Source: Eledone cirrhosa (lineage: Eukaryota). From it: a stretch of DNA of 64,000 nucleotides. This document shows positions 30,101 through 45,100 of the stretch, one piece after another; the first letter of the stretch is position 1; each line of letters opens with the position of its first letter. Location of the stretch: assembly GCA_964016885.1 (NCBI GenBank), contig CAXHJY010000928.1, forward strand, positions 930,001 through 994,000, written 5' to 3'. Both the position numbers and the translations under genes were made by a program. Below the pieces are notes generated by a model, which saw nothing but the letters and a program-made list of their open reading frames with translations, ran no database searches and was not told where the DNA came from.

Positions 30101-33100
30101 ACAGTGTCCTCTCCTACACACTACATTTGATTCCTCTTATACCTAGTTTCTCTCTCAATTCATCCATACACATCACATGTCTATACCAATAGAGTCTCCT
30201 CTCCTACACACTACATCTGATTCCTATTATACCTAGTTTCTCTCTCCATCCATACACATCGCATGTCTATACCAACACTGTCTCCTCTCCTACACTCTAC
30301 ATCTGATTCCTCTTATACCTAGTTTCTCTACCAGTTCATTCATACACATAACATGTCTATACCGACACAGTCTCCTCTCCTACACACTACATCTGATTCC
30401 ACTTATACCTAGTTTCTCTCTCCATCCATACACATCACATGTCTATACCAACACAGTCTCCTCTCCTACACTCTACATCTGATTCCTCTTATACCTAGTT
30501 TCTCTCCCAGTTCATTCATACACATCACATGTCTATACCAACACAGTCTCCTCTCCTACACACTACATCTGATCCCTCTTATACCTAGTTTCTCTCTCCA
30601 TCCATACACATCGCATGTCTATACCAACACAGTCTCCTCTCCTACACTCTACATCTGATTCCTCTTATACCTAGTTTCTCTCCCAGTTTATCCATACACA
30701 TCACATGTCTATACCAACACAGTCTCCTCTCCTACACACTACATTTGATTCCTCTTATACCTAGTTTCTCTCTCCATCCATACACATCAAATGCCTATAC
30801 CAACACAATCTCTTCTCCTACGCACTACATCTGATTCCTCTTCTAACTAGTTTCTCTCTCAGTTCATCCATACACATCACACGTCTATACCAACACAGTC
30901 TCCTATCCTACACTCTACATCTGATTCCTCTTATACCTAGTTTCTCTCCCAGTTCATTCATACACATCACATGTCTATACCAACACAGTCTCCTCTCATA
31001 CACACTACATCTGATTCCTCTTATACCTAGTTTCTCTCTCCATCCATATACATCGCATGTCTATACCAACACAGTCTCCTCTCCTACACTCTACGTCTGA
31101 TTCCTCTTATACCTAGTTTCTCTCTCCATCCATACACATCGCATGTCTATACCAACACAGTCTCCTCTCCTACACACTACATCTGATTCCTCTGATACCT
31201 AGTTTCTCTCCCAGTTCATCCATGCACATCACATGTCTATACCAACACAGTCTCCTCTCCTACACTCTACATCTGATTCCTCTTATACCTAGTTTCTCTC
31301 CCAGTTCATCCATACACATCACATGTCTATACCAACACAGTCTCCCTTCCTACACACTACATCTGATTCCTCTTATACCTAGTTTCTCTCTCCATCCATA
31401 CACATCACATGTCTATACCAACACAGTCTCCTCTCCTACACACTACATCTGATTCCTCTTATACCTAGTTTCTCTGTCAGTCCATCCATACACATCACAT
31501 GTCTCTACCAACACAGTCTCCTCTCCTACACACTACATCTGATTCCTCTCATACCTAGTTTCTCTCTCAGTTCATCCATACACATCACATGTCTATACCA
31601 ACACAGTCTCCTCTCCTACACGCTACATCTGATTCCTCTTATACCTAGTTTCTCTGTCAGTTCATCCATACACATCACATGTCTCTACCAACACAGTCTC
31701 CTCTCCTACACACTACATCTGATTCCTCTCATACCTAGTTTCTCTCTCAGTTCATCCATACACATCACATGTCTATACCAACACAGTCTCCTCTCCTACA
31801 CGCTACATCTGATTCCTCTTATACCTAGTTTCTCTGTCAGTTCATCCATACACATCACATGTCTATACCAATAGAGTCTCCTCTCCTACACTCTACATCT
31901 GATTCCTCTTATACCTAGTTTCTCTCCTAGTTCATCCATACACATCACACGTTTATACCAACACTGTGTCCTCTCCTACACACTACATCTGATTCCTCTT
32001 CTACCTTATTTCTCTATCCATCCATACACATCACATGTCTATACCAATACAGTGTCCTCTCCTACACACTACATTTGATTCCTCTTATACCTAGTTTCTC
32101 TGTCAGTTCATCCATACACATCACATGTCTATACCAATAGAGTCTCCTCTCCTACACACTACATCTGATTCCTCTTATACCTAGTTTCTCTCTCCATCCA
32201 TACACATCGCATGTCTATACCAACACAGTCTCCTCTCCTACACTCTACATCTGATTCCTCTTATACCTAGTTTCTCTCCCAGTTCATTCATACACATCAC
32301 ATGTCTATACCAACACAGTCTCCTCTCCTACACACTACATCTGATTCCTCTTATACCTAGTTTCTCTCTCCATCCATACACATCGCATGTCTATACCAAC
32401 ACAGTCTCCTCTCCTACACTCTACATCTGATTCCTCTTATACCTAGTTTCTCTCCCAGTTCATTCATACACATCACATGTCTATACCAACACAGTCTCCT
32501 CTCCTACACACTACATCTGATTCCTCTTATACCTAGTTTCTCTTTCCATCCATACACATCGCATGTCTATACCAACACAGTCTCCTCTCCTACACTCTAC
32601 ATCTGATTCCTCTTCTAACTAGTTTCTCTCTCAGTTCATCCATACACATCACATGTCTATACCAACACAGTCTCCTCTCCTACACTCTACATCTGATTCC
32701 TCTTATACCTAGTTTCTCTCCCAGTTCATTCATACACATCACATGTCTATACCAACACAGTCTCTTCTCCTACACACTACATCTGATTCCTCTCATACCT
32801 AGTTTCTCTCTCCATCCATACACATCGCATGTCTATACCAACATAGTCTCCTCTCCTACACTCTACATCTGATTCCTCTTATACCTAGTTTCTCTCCCAG
32901 TTCATTCATACACATCACATGTCTATACCAATAGAGTCTCCTATCCTACACACTACATCTGATCCCTCTTATACCTAGTTTCTCTCTCCATCCATACACA
33001 TCGCATGTCTATACCAACACAGTCTCCTCTCCTACACTCTACGTCTGATTCCTCTTATACCTAGTTTCTCTCTCCATCCATACACATCGCATGTCTATAC

Positions 33101-36100
33101 CAACACAGTCTCCTCTCCTACACACTACATCTGATTCCTCTGATACCTAGTTTCTCTCCCAGTTCATCCATGCACATCACATGTCTATACCAACACAGTC
33201 TCCTCTCCTACACTCTACATCTGATTCCTCTTATACCTAGATTCTCTCCCAGTTCATCCATACACATCACATGTCTATACCAACACAGTCTCCCTTCCTA
33301 CACACTACATCTGATTCCTCTTATACCTAGTTTCTCTCTCCATCCATACACATCACATGTCTATACCAACACAGTCTCCTCTCCTACACACTACATCTGA
33401 TTCCTCTTATACCTAGTTTCTCTGTCAGTCCATCCATACACATCACATGTCTCTACCAACACAGTCTCCTCTCCTACACACTACATCTGATTCCTCTCAT
33501 ACCTAGTTTCTCTCTCAGTTCATCCATACACATCACATGTCTATACCAATAGAGTCTCCTCTCCTACACACTACATCTGATTCCTCTTATATCTAGTTTC
33601 CCTCTCAGTTCATCCATACACATCACACGTTTATACCAACACTGTGTCCTCTCCTACACACTACATCTGATTGCTCTTCTACCTTATTTCTCTATCCATC
33701 CATACACATCACATGTCTATACCAATACAGTGTCCTCTCCTACACACTACATTTGATTCCTCTTATACCTAGTTTCTCTCTCAGTTCATCCATACACATC
33801 ACATGTCTATACCAATAGAGTCTCCTCTCCTACACACTACATCTGATTCCTCTTATACCTAGTTTCTCTCTCCATCCATACACATCGCATGTCTATACCA
33901 ACACTGTCTCCTCTCCTACACTCTACATCTGATTCCTCTTATACCTAGTTTCTCTACCAGTTCATTCATACACATAACATGTCTATACCGACACAGTCTC
34001 CTCTCCTCCACACTACATCTGATTCCTCTTATACCTAGTTTCTCTCTCCATCCATACACATCGCATGTCTATACCAACACAGTCTCCTCTCCTACACTCT
34101 ACATCTGATTCCTCTTATACCTAGTTTCTCTCCCAGTTCATTCATACACATCACATGTCTATACCAACACAGTCTCCTCTCCTACACACTACATCTGATC
34201 CCTCTTATACCTAGTTTCTCTCTCCATCCATACACATCGCATGTCTATACCAACACAGTCTCCTCTCCTACACTCTACATCTGATTCCTCTTATACCTAG
34301 TTTCTCTCCCAGTTCATCCATACACATCACATGTCTATACCAACACAGTCTCCTCTCCTACACACTACATCTGATTCCTCTTATACCTAGTTTCTCTCTC
34401 CATCCATACACATCAAATGCCTATACCAACACAATCTCTTCTCCTACGCACTACATCTGATTCCTCTTCTAACTAGTTTCTCTCTCAGTTCATCCATACA
34501 CATCACACGTCTATACCAACACAGTCTCCTATCCTACACTCTACATCTGATTCCTCTTATACCTAGTTTCTCTCCCAGTTCATTCATACACATCACATGT
34601 CTATACCAACACAGTCTCCTATCCTACACACTACATCTGATCCCTCTTATACCTAGTTTCTCTCTCCATCCATACACATCGCATGTCTATACCAACACAG
34701 TCTCCTCTCCTACACTCTACGTCTGATTCCTCTTATACCTAGTTTCTCTCTCCATCCATACACATCGCATGTCTATACCAACACAGTCTCCTCTCCTACA
34801 CACTACATCTGATTCCTCTGATACCTAGTTTCTCTCCCAGTTCATCCATGCACATCACATGTCTATACCAACACAGTCTCCTCTCCTACACTCTACATCT
34901 GATTCCTCTTATACCTAGTTTCTCTCCCAGTTCATCCATACACATCACATGTCTATACCAACACAGTCTCCCTTCCTACACACTACCTCTGATTCCTCTT
35001 ATACCTAGTTTCTCTCTCCATCCATACACATCACATGTCTATACCAACACAGTCTCCTCTCCTACACACTACATCTGATTCCTCTTATACCTAGTTTCTC
35101 TGTCAGTCCATCCATACACATCACATGTCTCTACCAACACAGTCTCCTCTCCTACACACTACATCTGATTCCTCTCATACCTAGTTTCTCTCTCAGTTCA
35201 TCCATACACATCACATGTCTATACCAACACAGTCTCCTCTCCTACACACTACATCTGATTCCTCTTATACCTAGTTTCTCTCTCAGTTCATCCATACACA
35301 TCACATGTCTATACCAATAGAGACTCCTCTCCTACACACTACATCTGATTCCTCTTATATCTAGTTTCCCTCTCAGTTCATCCATACACATCACACGTTT
35401 ATACCAACACTGTGTCCTCTCCTACACACTACATCTGATTCCTCTTCTACCTTATTTCTCTATCCATCCATACACATCACATGTCTATACCAATACAGTG
35501 TCCTCTCCTACACACTACATTTGATTCCTCTTATACCTAGTTTCTCTCTCAGTTCATCCATACACATCACATGTCTATACCAATAGAGTCTCCTCTCCTA
35601 CACACTACATCTGATTCCTCTTATACCTAGTTTCTCTCTCCATCCATACACATCGCATGTCTATACCAACACTGTCTCCTCTCCTACACTCTACATCTGA
35701 TTCCTCTTATACCTAGTTTCTCTACCAGTTCATTCATACACATAACATGTCTATACCGACACAGTCTCCTCTCCTACACACTACATCTGATTCCTCTTAT
35801 ACCTAGTTTCTCTCTCCATCCATTCACATCGCATGTCTATACCAACACAGTCTCCTCTCCTACACTCTATATCTGATTCCTCTTATACCTAGTTTCTCTC
35901 CCAGTTCATTCATACACATCACATGTCTATACCAACACAGTCTCCTCTCCTACACACTACATCTGATCCCTCTTATACCTAGTTTCTCTCTCCATCCATA
36001 CACATCGCATGTCTATACCAACACAGTCTCCTCTCCTACACTCTACATCTGATTCCTCTTATACCTAGTTTCTCTCCCAGTTCATCCATACACATCACAT

Positions 36101-39100
36101 GTCTATACCAACACAGTCTCCTCTCCTACAGACTACATCTGATTCCTCTTATACCTAGTTTCTCTCTCCATCCATACACATCAAATGCCTATACCAACAC
36201 AGTCTCCTCTCCTACCCACTACATCTGATTCCTCTTCTAACTAGTTTCTCTCTCAGTTCATCCATACACATCACACGTCTATACCAACACAGTCTCCTCT
36301 CCTACACACTACATCTGATTCCTCTTATCCCTAGTTTCTCTCTCAGTCCATCCATACACATCACATAACTATACCAACACAGTCTCCTCTCCTACATCTG
36401 ATTCCTCTTATACCTAGTTTCTCTCTCAGTGCATCCATACACATCACATGTCTATACCAGCACAGTCTCCTCTCCTTCACACTACATCTGATTCCTCTTA
36501 TACCTAGTTTCTCTCCCAGTTCATCCATACACATCACATGTCTATACCAACACAGTCTCCCTTCCTACACACTACATCTGATTCCTCTTATACCTAGTTT
36601 CTCTCCCCATCCATACACATCACATGTCTATACCAACACAGTCTCCTCTCCTACACACTACATCTGATTCCTCTTATACCTAGTTTCTCTCTCCATCCAT
36701 ACACATCACATGTCTATACCAACACAGTCTCCTCTCCTACACACTACATCTGATTCCTCTTATACCTAGTTTCTCTGTCAGTCCATCCATACACATCACA
36801 TGTCTCTACCAACACAGTCTCCTCTCCTACACTCTACATCTGATTCCTCTTATACCTAGTTTCTCTCCCAGTTCATTCATACACATCACATGTCTATACC
36901 AACACAGTCTCTTCTCCTACACACTACATCTGATTCCTCTCATACCTGGTTTCTCTCTCCATCCATACACATCGCATGTCTATACCAACACAGTCTCCTC
37001 TCCTACACTCTACATCTGATTCCTCTTATACCTAGTTTCTCTCCCAGTTCATTCATACACATCACATGTCTATACCAACACAGTCTCCTCTCCTACACAC
37101 TACATCTGATCCCTCTTATACCTAGTTTCTCTCTCCATCCATACACATCACATGTCTATACCAACACAGTCTCCTCTCCTACACACTACATCTGATTCCT
37201 CTTATACCTAGTTTCTCTCTCCATCCATACACATCGCATGTCTATACCAACACAGTCTCCTCTCCTACACTCTACATCTGATTCCTCTTATACCTAGTTT
37301 CTCTCCCAGTTCATCCACACACGTCACATGTCTATACCAACACAGTCTCCTCTCCTACACACTACATCTGATTCCTCTTATACCTAGTTTCTCTCTCCAT
37401 CCATACACATCACATGTCTATACCAACACAGTCTCCTCTCCTACACAATACATCTGATTTCTCTTATACCTAGTTTCTCTGTGAATCCATCCTTATACAT
37501 CACATGTCTCTACCAACACAGTCTCCTCTCCTACACACTACATCTGATTCCTCTTATACCTAGTTTCTCTCTCAGTTCATCCATACGCATCACATGTCTA
37601 TACCAATAAAGTCTCCACTCCTACACACTACATCTGATTCCTCTTATATCTAGTTTCCCTCTCAGTTCATCCATACACATCACATGTTTATACCAACACT
37701 GTGTCCTCTCCTACACACTACATCTGATTCCTCTTCTACCTTATTTCTCTATCCATCCATACACATCACATGTCTATACCAACACAGTCTCCCCTCCTAC
37801 ATCTGATTTCTCTTAAACCTAGTTTCCCACTCAGTCCATCCATACACATCACATGTCTATACCAACACAGTCTCCTCTGCTACACACTACATCTGATTCC
37901 TCTTATACCTAGTTTCTCTCTCAGTTCATCCATACACATCACATGTCTATACCAACACAGTCTCCCCTCCTACACTCTACATCTGATTCCTCTTATACCT
38001 AGTTTCTCTCCCAGTTCATCCATACACATCACTTGTCTATACCAACACAGTCTCCCCTCATACATCTGATTCCTCTTATACCTAGTTTCTCTCTCATTCC
38101 ATCCTTACACATCACATGTCTATACCAACACAGTCTCCCCTCCTACATCTGATTCCTCTTATACCTAGTTTCTCTCTCAGTTCATCCATACACATCACAT
38201 GTCTATACCAACAGTCTCCTCTCATACACACTACATCTGATTTCTCTTATACCTAGTTTCTCTCTCAGTCCATCCATACACATCACATGCCTATACCAAC
38301 ACAATCTCTTCTCCTACGCTCTACATCTGATTCCTCTTCTACCTAGTTTCTCTCTCAGTTCATCCATACACATCACACGTCTATACCAACACAGTCTCCT
38401 CTCCTACACACTACATCTGATTCCTCTTATCCCTAGTTTCTCTCCCAGTTCATCCATAGACATCACATGTCTATACCAACACAGTCTCCTCTCCTACACA
38501 CTACATCTGATTCCTCTTATACCTACTTTCTCTCTCAGTCCAACCATACACAGCACAAGTCTATACCAATATAGTCTCCTCTACTACACACTACATCTGA
38601 TTCCTCTTATACCTAGTTTCTCTCTCAGTCCATCCATACCCATCACATAACTATACCAACACAGTCTCCTCTCCTACATCTGATTCCTCTTATACCTAGT
38701 TTCTCTCTCAGTGCATCCATACACATCACATGTCTATACCAACACAGTCTCCTCTCCTTCACACTACATCTGATTCCTCTTATACCTAGTTTCTCTCCCA
38801 GTTCATCCATGCACATCACATGTCTATACCAACACAGTCTCCTCTCCTACACTCTACATCTGATTCCTCTTATACCTAGTTTCTCTCCCAGTTCATCCAT
38901 ACACATCACATGTCTATACCAACACAGTCTCCCTTCCTACACACTACATCTGATTCCTCTCATACCTAGTTTCTCTCTCCATCCATACACATCACATGTC
39001 TCTACCAACACAGTCTCCTCTCCTACACACTACATCTGATTCCTCTTATACCTAGTTTCTCTCTCCATCCATACACATCACATCTCTATACCAACACAGT

Positions 39101-42100
39101 CTCCTCTCCTACACACTACATCTGATTCCTCTTATACCTAGTTTCTCTGTCAGTCCATCCATACACATCACATGTCTCTACCAACACAGTCTCCTCTCCT
39201 ACACTCTACATCTGATTCCTCTTATACCTAGTTTCTCTCCTAGTTCATTCATAGACATCACATGTCTATACCAACACAGTCTCCTCTCCTACACACTACA
39301 TCTGATCCCTCTTATACCTAGTTTCTCTCTCCATCCATACACATCACATGTCTATACCAATACAGTCTCATCTTCTACACACTACATCTGGTTCCTATTA
39401 TACCTAGTTTCTCTCCCAGTTCATCCATACACATCACACGTTTATACCAACACTGTGTCCTCTCCTACACACTACATCTGATTCCCCTTCTACCTTATTT
39501 CTCTATCCATCCATACACATCACATGTCTATACCAATACAGTGTCCTCTCCTACACTCTACATCTGATTCCTCTTATACCTAGTTTCTCTCCTAGTTCAT
39601 TCATAGACATCACATGTCTATACCAACACAGTCTCCTCTCCTACACACTACATCTGATCCCTCTTATACCTAGTTTCTCTCTCCATCCATACACATCGCA
39701 TGTCTATACCAACACTGTCTCCTCTCCTACACTCTACATCTGATTCCTCTTATACCTAGTTTCTCTACCAGTTCATTCATACACATAACATGTCTATACC
39801 GACACAGTCTCCTCTCCTACACACTACATCTGATTCCTCTTATACCTAGTTTCTCTCTCCATCCATACACATCGCATGTCTATACCAACACAGTCTCCTC
39901 TCCCACACTCTATATCTGATTCCTCTTATACCTAGTTTCTCTCCCAGTTCATTCATACACATCACATGTCTATACCAACACAGTCTCCTCTCCTACACAC
40001 TACATCTGATCCCTCTTATACCTAGTTTCTCTCTCCATCCATACACATCGCATGTCTATACCAACACAGTCTCCTCTCCTACACTCTACATCTGATTCCT
40101 CTTATACCTAGTTTCTCTCCCAGTTCATCCATACACATCACATGTCTATACCAACACAGTCTCCTCTCCTACAGACTACATCTGATTCCTCTTATACCTA
40201 GTTTCTCTCTCCATCCATACACATCAAATGCCTATACCAACACAGTCTCCTCTCCTACCCACTACATCTGATTCCTCTTCTAACTAGTTTCTCTCTCAGT
40301 TCATCCATACACATCACACGTCTATACCAACACAGTCTCCTCTCCTACACACTACATCTGATTCCTCTTATCCCTAGTTTCTCTCTCAGTCCATCCATAC
40401 ACATCACATAACTATACCAACACAGTCTCCTCTCCTACATCTGATTCCTCTTATACCTAGTTTCTCTCTCAGTGCATCCATACACATCACATGTCTATAC
40501 CAGCAGTCTCCTCTCCTTCACACTACATCTGATTCCTCTTATACCTAGTTTCTCTCCCAGTTCATCCATACACATCACATGTCTATACCAACACAGTCTC
40601 CCTTCCTACACACTACATCTGATTCCTCTTATACCTAGTTTCTCTCTCCATCCATACACATCACATGTCTATACCAACACAGTCTCCTCTCCTACACACT
40701 ACATCTGATTTCTCTTATACCTAGTTTCTCTGTGAATCCATCCTTATACATCACATGTCTCTACCAACACAGTCTCTTCTCCTACACACTACATCTGATC
40801 CCTCTTATACCTAGTTTCTCTCTCCATCCATACACATCGCATGTCTATACCAACACAGTCTCCTCTCCTACACTCTACGTCTGATTCCTCTTATAAATAG
40901 TTTCTCTCCCAGTTCATCCATACACATCACATGTCTATACCAACAAAGTCTCCTCTCCTACACACTACATCTGATTCCTCTTATACCTAGTTTCTCTCTC
41001 CATCCATACACATCACATGTCTATAGCAATACAGTCTCCTCTTCTACACACTACATATGGTTCCTCTTATACCTAGTTTCTCTCCCAGTTCATTCATACA
41101 CATCACATGTCTAAACCAACACAGTCTCCTCTCCTACACACTACATCTGATTCCTCTCATACCTAGTTTCTCTCTCCATCCATACACATCGCATGTCTAT
41201 ACCAACACAGTCTCCTCTCCTACACTCTACATCTGATTCCTCTTATACCTAGTTTCTCTCCCAGTTCATTCATACACATCACATGTCTATACCAACACAG
41301 TCTCCTCTCCTACACACTACATCTGATCTCTCTTATACCTAGTTTCTCTCTCCATCCATACACATCACATGTCTATACCAACACAGTCTCCTCTCCTACA
41401 CACTACATCTGATTCCTCTTATACCTAGTTTCTCTCTCCATTCATACACATCGCATGTCTATACCAACACAGTCTCCTCTCCTACACTCTACATCTGATT
41501 CCTCTTATACCTAGTTTCTCTCCCAGTTCATTCATACACATCGCATGTCTATACCAACACAGTCTCCTCTCCTACACTCTACATCTGATTCCTCTCATAC
41601 CTAGTTTCTCTCTCCATCCATACACATCACATGTCTCTACCAACACAGTCTCCTCTCCTACACACTACATCTGATTCCTCTTATACCTAGTTTCTCTCTC
41701 CATCCATACACATCACATCTCTATACCAACACAGTCTCCTCTCCTACACACTACATCTGATTCCTCTTATACCTAGTTTCTCTGTCAGTCCATCCATACA
41801 CATCACATGTCTCTACAAACACAGTCTCCTCTCCTACACTCTACATCTGATTCCTCTTATACCTAGTTTCTCTCCTAGTTCATTCATACACATCACATGT
41901 CTATACCAACACAGTCTCCTCTCCTACACACTACATCTGATCCCTCTTATACCTAGTTTCTCTCTCCATCCATACACATCGCATGTCTATACCAACACAG
42001 TCTCCTCTCCTACACTCTACATCTGATTCCTCTTATACCTAGTTTCTCTCCCAGTTCATCCATACACATCACATGTCTATACCAACACAGTCTCCTCTCC

Positions 42101-45100
42101 TACACACTACATCTGATTCCTCTTATACCTAGTTTCTCTCTCCATCCATACACATCACATGTCTATACCAATACAGTCTACTCTTCTACACACTACATCT
42201 GGTTCCTATTATACCTAGTTTCTCTCCCAGTTCATCCATACACATCACACGTTTATACCAACACTGTGTCCTCTCCTACACACTACATCTGATTCCTCTT
42301 CTACCTTATTTCTCTATCCATCCATACACATCACATCTCTATACCAATACAGTGTCCTCTCCTACACACTACATTTGATTCCTCTTATACCTAGTTTCTC
42401 TCTCAGTTCATCCATACACATCACATGTCTATACCAATAGAGTCTCCTCTCCTACACACTACATCTGATTCCTCTTATACCTAGTTTCTCTCTCCATCCA
42501 TACACATCGCATGTCTATACCAACACTGTCTCCTCTCCTACACTCTACATCTGATTCCTCTTATACCTAGTTTCTCTACCAGTTCATTCATACACATAAC
42601 ATGTCTATACCGACACAGTCTCCTCTCCTACACACTACATCTGATTCCTCTTATACCTAGTTTCTCTCTCCATCCATACACATCGCATGTCTATACCAAC
42701 ACAGTCTCCTCTCCCACACTCTATATCTGATTCCTCTTATACCTAGTTTCTCTCCCAGTTCATTCATACACATCACATGTCTATACCAACACAGTCTCCT
42801 CTCCTACACACTACATCTGATCCCTCTTATACCTAGTTTCTCTCTCCATCCATACACATCGCATGTCTATACCAACACAGTCTCCTCTCCTACACTCTAC
42901 ATCTGATTCCTCTTATACCTAGTTTCTCTCCCAGTTCATCCATACACATCACATGTCTATACCAACACAGTCTCCTCTCCTACAGACTACATCTGATTCC
43001 TCTTATACCTAGTTTCTCTCTCCATCCATACACATCAAATGCCTATACCAACACAGTCTCCTCTCCTACCCACTACATCTGATTCCTCTTCTAACTAGTT
43101 TCTCTCTCAGTTCATCCATACACATCACACGTCTATACCAACACAGTCTCCTCTCCTACACACTACATCTGATTCCTCTTATCCCTAGTTTCTCTCTCAG
43201 TCCATCCATACACATCACATAACTATACCAACACAGTCTCCTCTCCTACATCTGATTCCTCTTATACCTAGTTTCTCTCTCAGTGCATCCATACACATCA
43301 CATGTCTATACCAGCAGTCTCCTCTCCTTCACACTACATCTGATTCCTCTTATACCTAGTTTCTCTCCCAGTTCATCCATACACATCACATGTCTATACC
43401 AACACAGTCTCCCTTCCTACACACTACATCTGATTCCTCTTATACCTAGTTTCTCTCTCCATCCATACACATCGCATGTCTATACCAACACAGTCTCCTC
43501 TCCTACACTCTACGTCTGATTCCTCTTATAAATAGTTTCTCTCCCAGTTCATCCATACACATCACATGTCTATACCAACACAGTCTCCTCTCCTACACAC
43601 TACATCTGATTCCTCTTATACCTAGTTTCTCTCTCCATCCATACACATCACATGTCTATACCAACACAGTCTCCTCTCCTACACACTACATCTGATTTCT
43701 CTTATACCTAGTTTCTCTGTCAATCCATCCTTATACATCACATGTCTCTACCAACACAGTCTCCTCTCCTACACACTACATCTGATTCCTCTTATACCTA
43801 GTTTCTCTCTCAGTTCATCCATACGCATCACATGTCTATACCAATAAAGTCTCCTCTCCTACACACTACATCTGATTCCTCTTATATCTAGTTTCCCTCT
43901 CAGATCATCCATACACATCACATGTTTATACCAACACTGTGTCCTCTCCTACACACTACATCTGATTCCTCTTCTACCTTATTTCTCTATCCATCCATAC
44001 ACATCACATGTCTATACCAACACAGTCTCCCCTCCTACATCTGATTTCTCTTAAACCTAGTTTCCCACTCAGTCCATCCATACACATCACATGTCTATAC
44101 CAACACAGTCTCCTCTCCTACACACTACATCTGATTCCTCTTATACCTAGTTTCTCTCTCAGTTCATCCATACACATCACATGTCTATACCAACACAGTC
44201 TCCCCTCCTACACTCTACATCTGATTCCTCTTATACCTAGTTTCTCTCCCAGTTCATCCATACACATCACTTGTCTATACCAACACAGTCTCCCCTCATA
44301 CATCTGATTCCTCTTATACCTAGTTTCTCTCTCATTCCATCCTTACACATCACATGTCTATACCAACACAGTCTCCCCTCCTACATCTGATTCCTCTTAT
44401 ACCTAGTTTCTCTCTCAGTTCATCCATACACATCACATGTCTATACCAACAGTCTCCTCTCATACACACTACATCTGATTTCTCTTATACCTAGTTTCTC
44501 TCTCAGTCCATCCATACACATCACATGCCTATACCAACACCATCTCTTCTCCTACGCACTACATCTGATTCCTCTTCTACCTAGTTTCTCCCTCAGTTCA
44601 TCCATACACATCACACGTCTATACCAACACAGTCTCCTCTCCTACACACTACATCTGATTCCTCTTATCCCTAGTTTCTCTCCCAGTTCATCCATAGATA
44701 TCACATGTCTATACCAACACAGTCTCCTCTCCTACACACTACATCTGATTCCTCTTATACCTACTTTCTCTCTCAGTCCAACCATACACAGCACAAGTCT
44801 ATACCAATATAGTCTCCTCTACTACACACTACATCTGATTCCTCTCATACCTAGTTTCTCTCTCCATCCATACAAATCGCATGTCTATACCAACACAGTC
44901 TCCTCTCCTACACTCTACATCTGATTCCTCTTATACCTAGTTTCTCTCCCAGTTCATTCATACACATCACATGTCTATACCAACACAGTCTCCTCTCCTA
45001 CACACTACATCTGATTCCTCTCATACCTAGTTTCTCTCTCCATCCATACACATCACATGTCTCTACCAACACAGTCTCCTCTCCTACACTCTACATCTGA

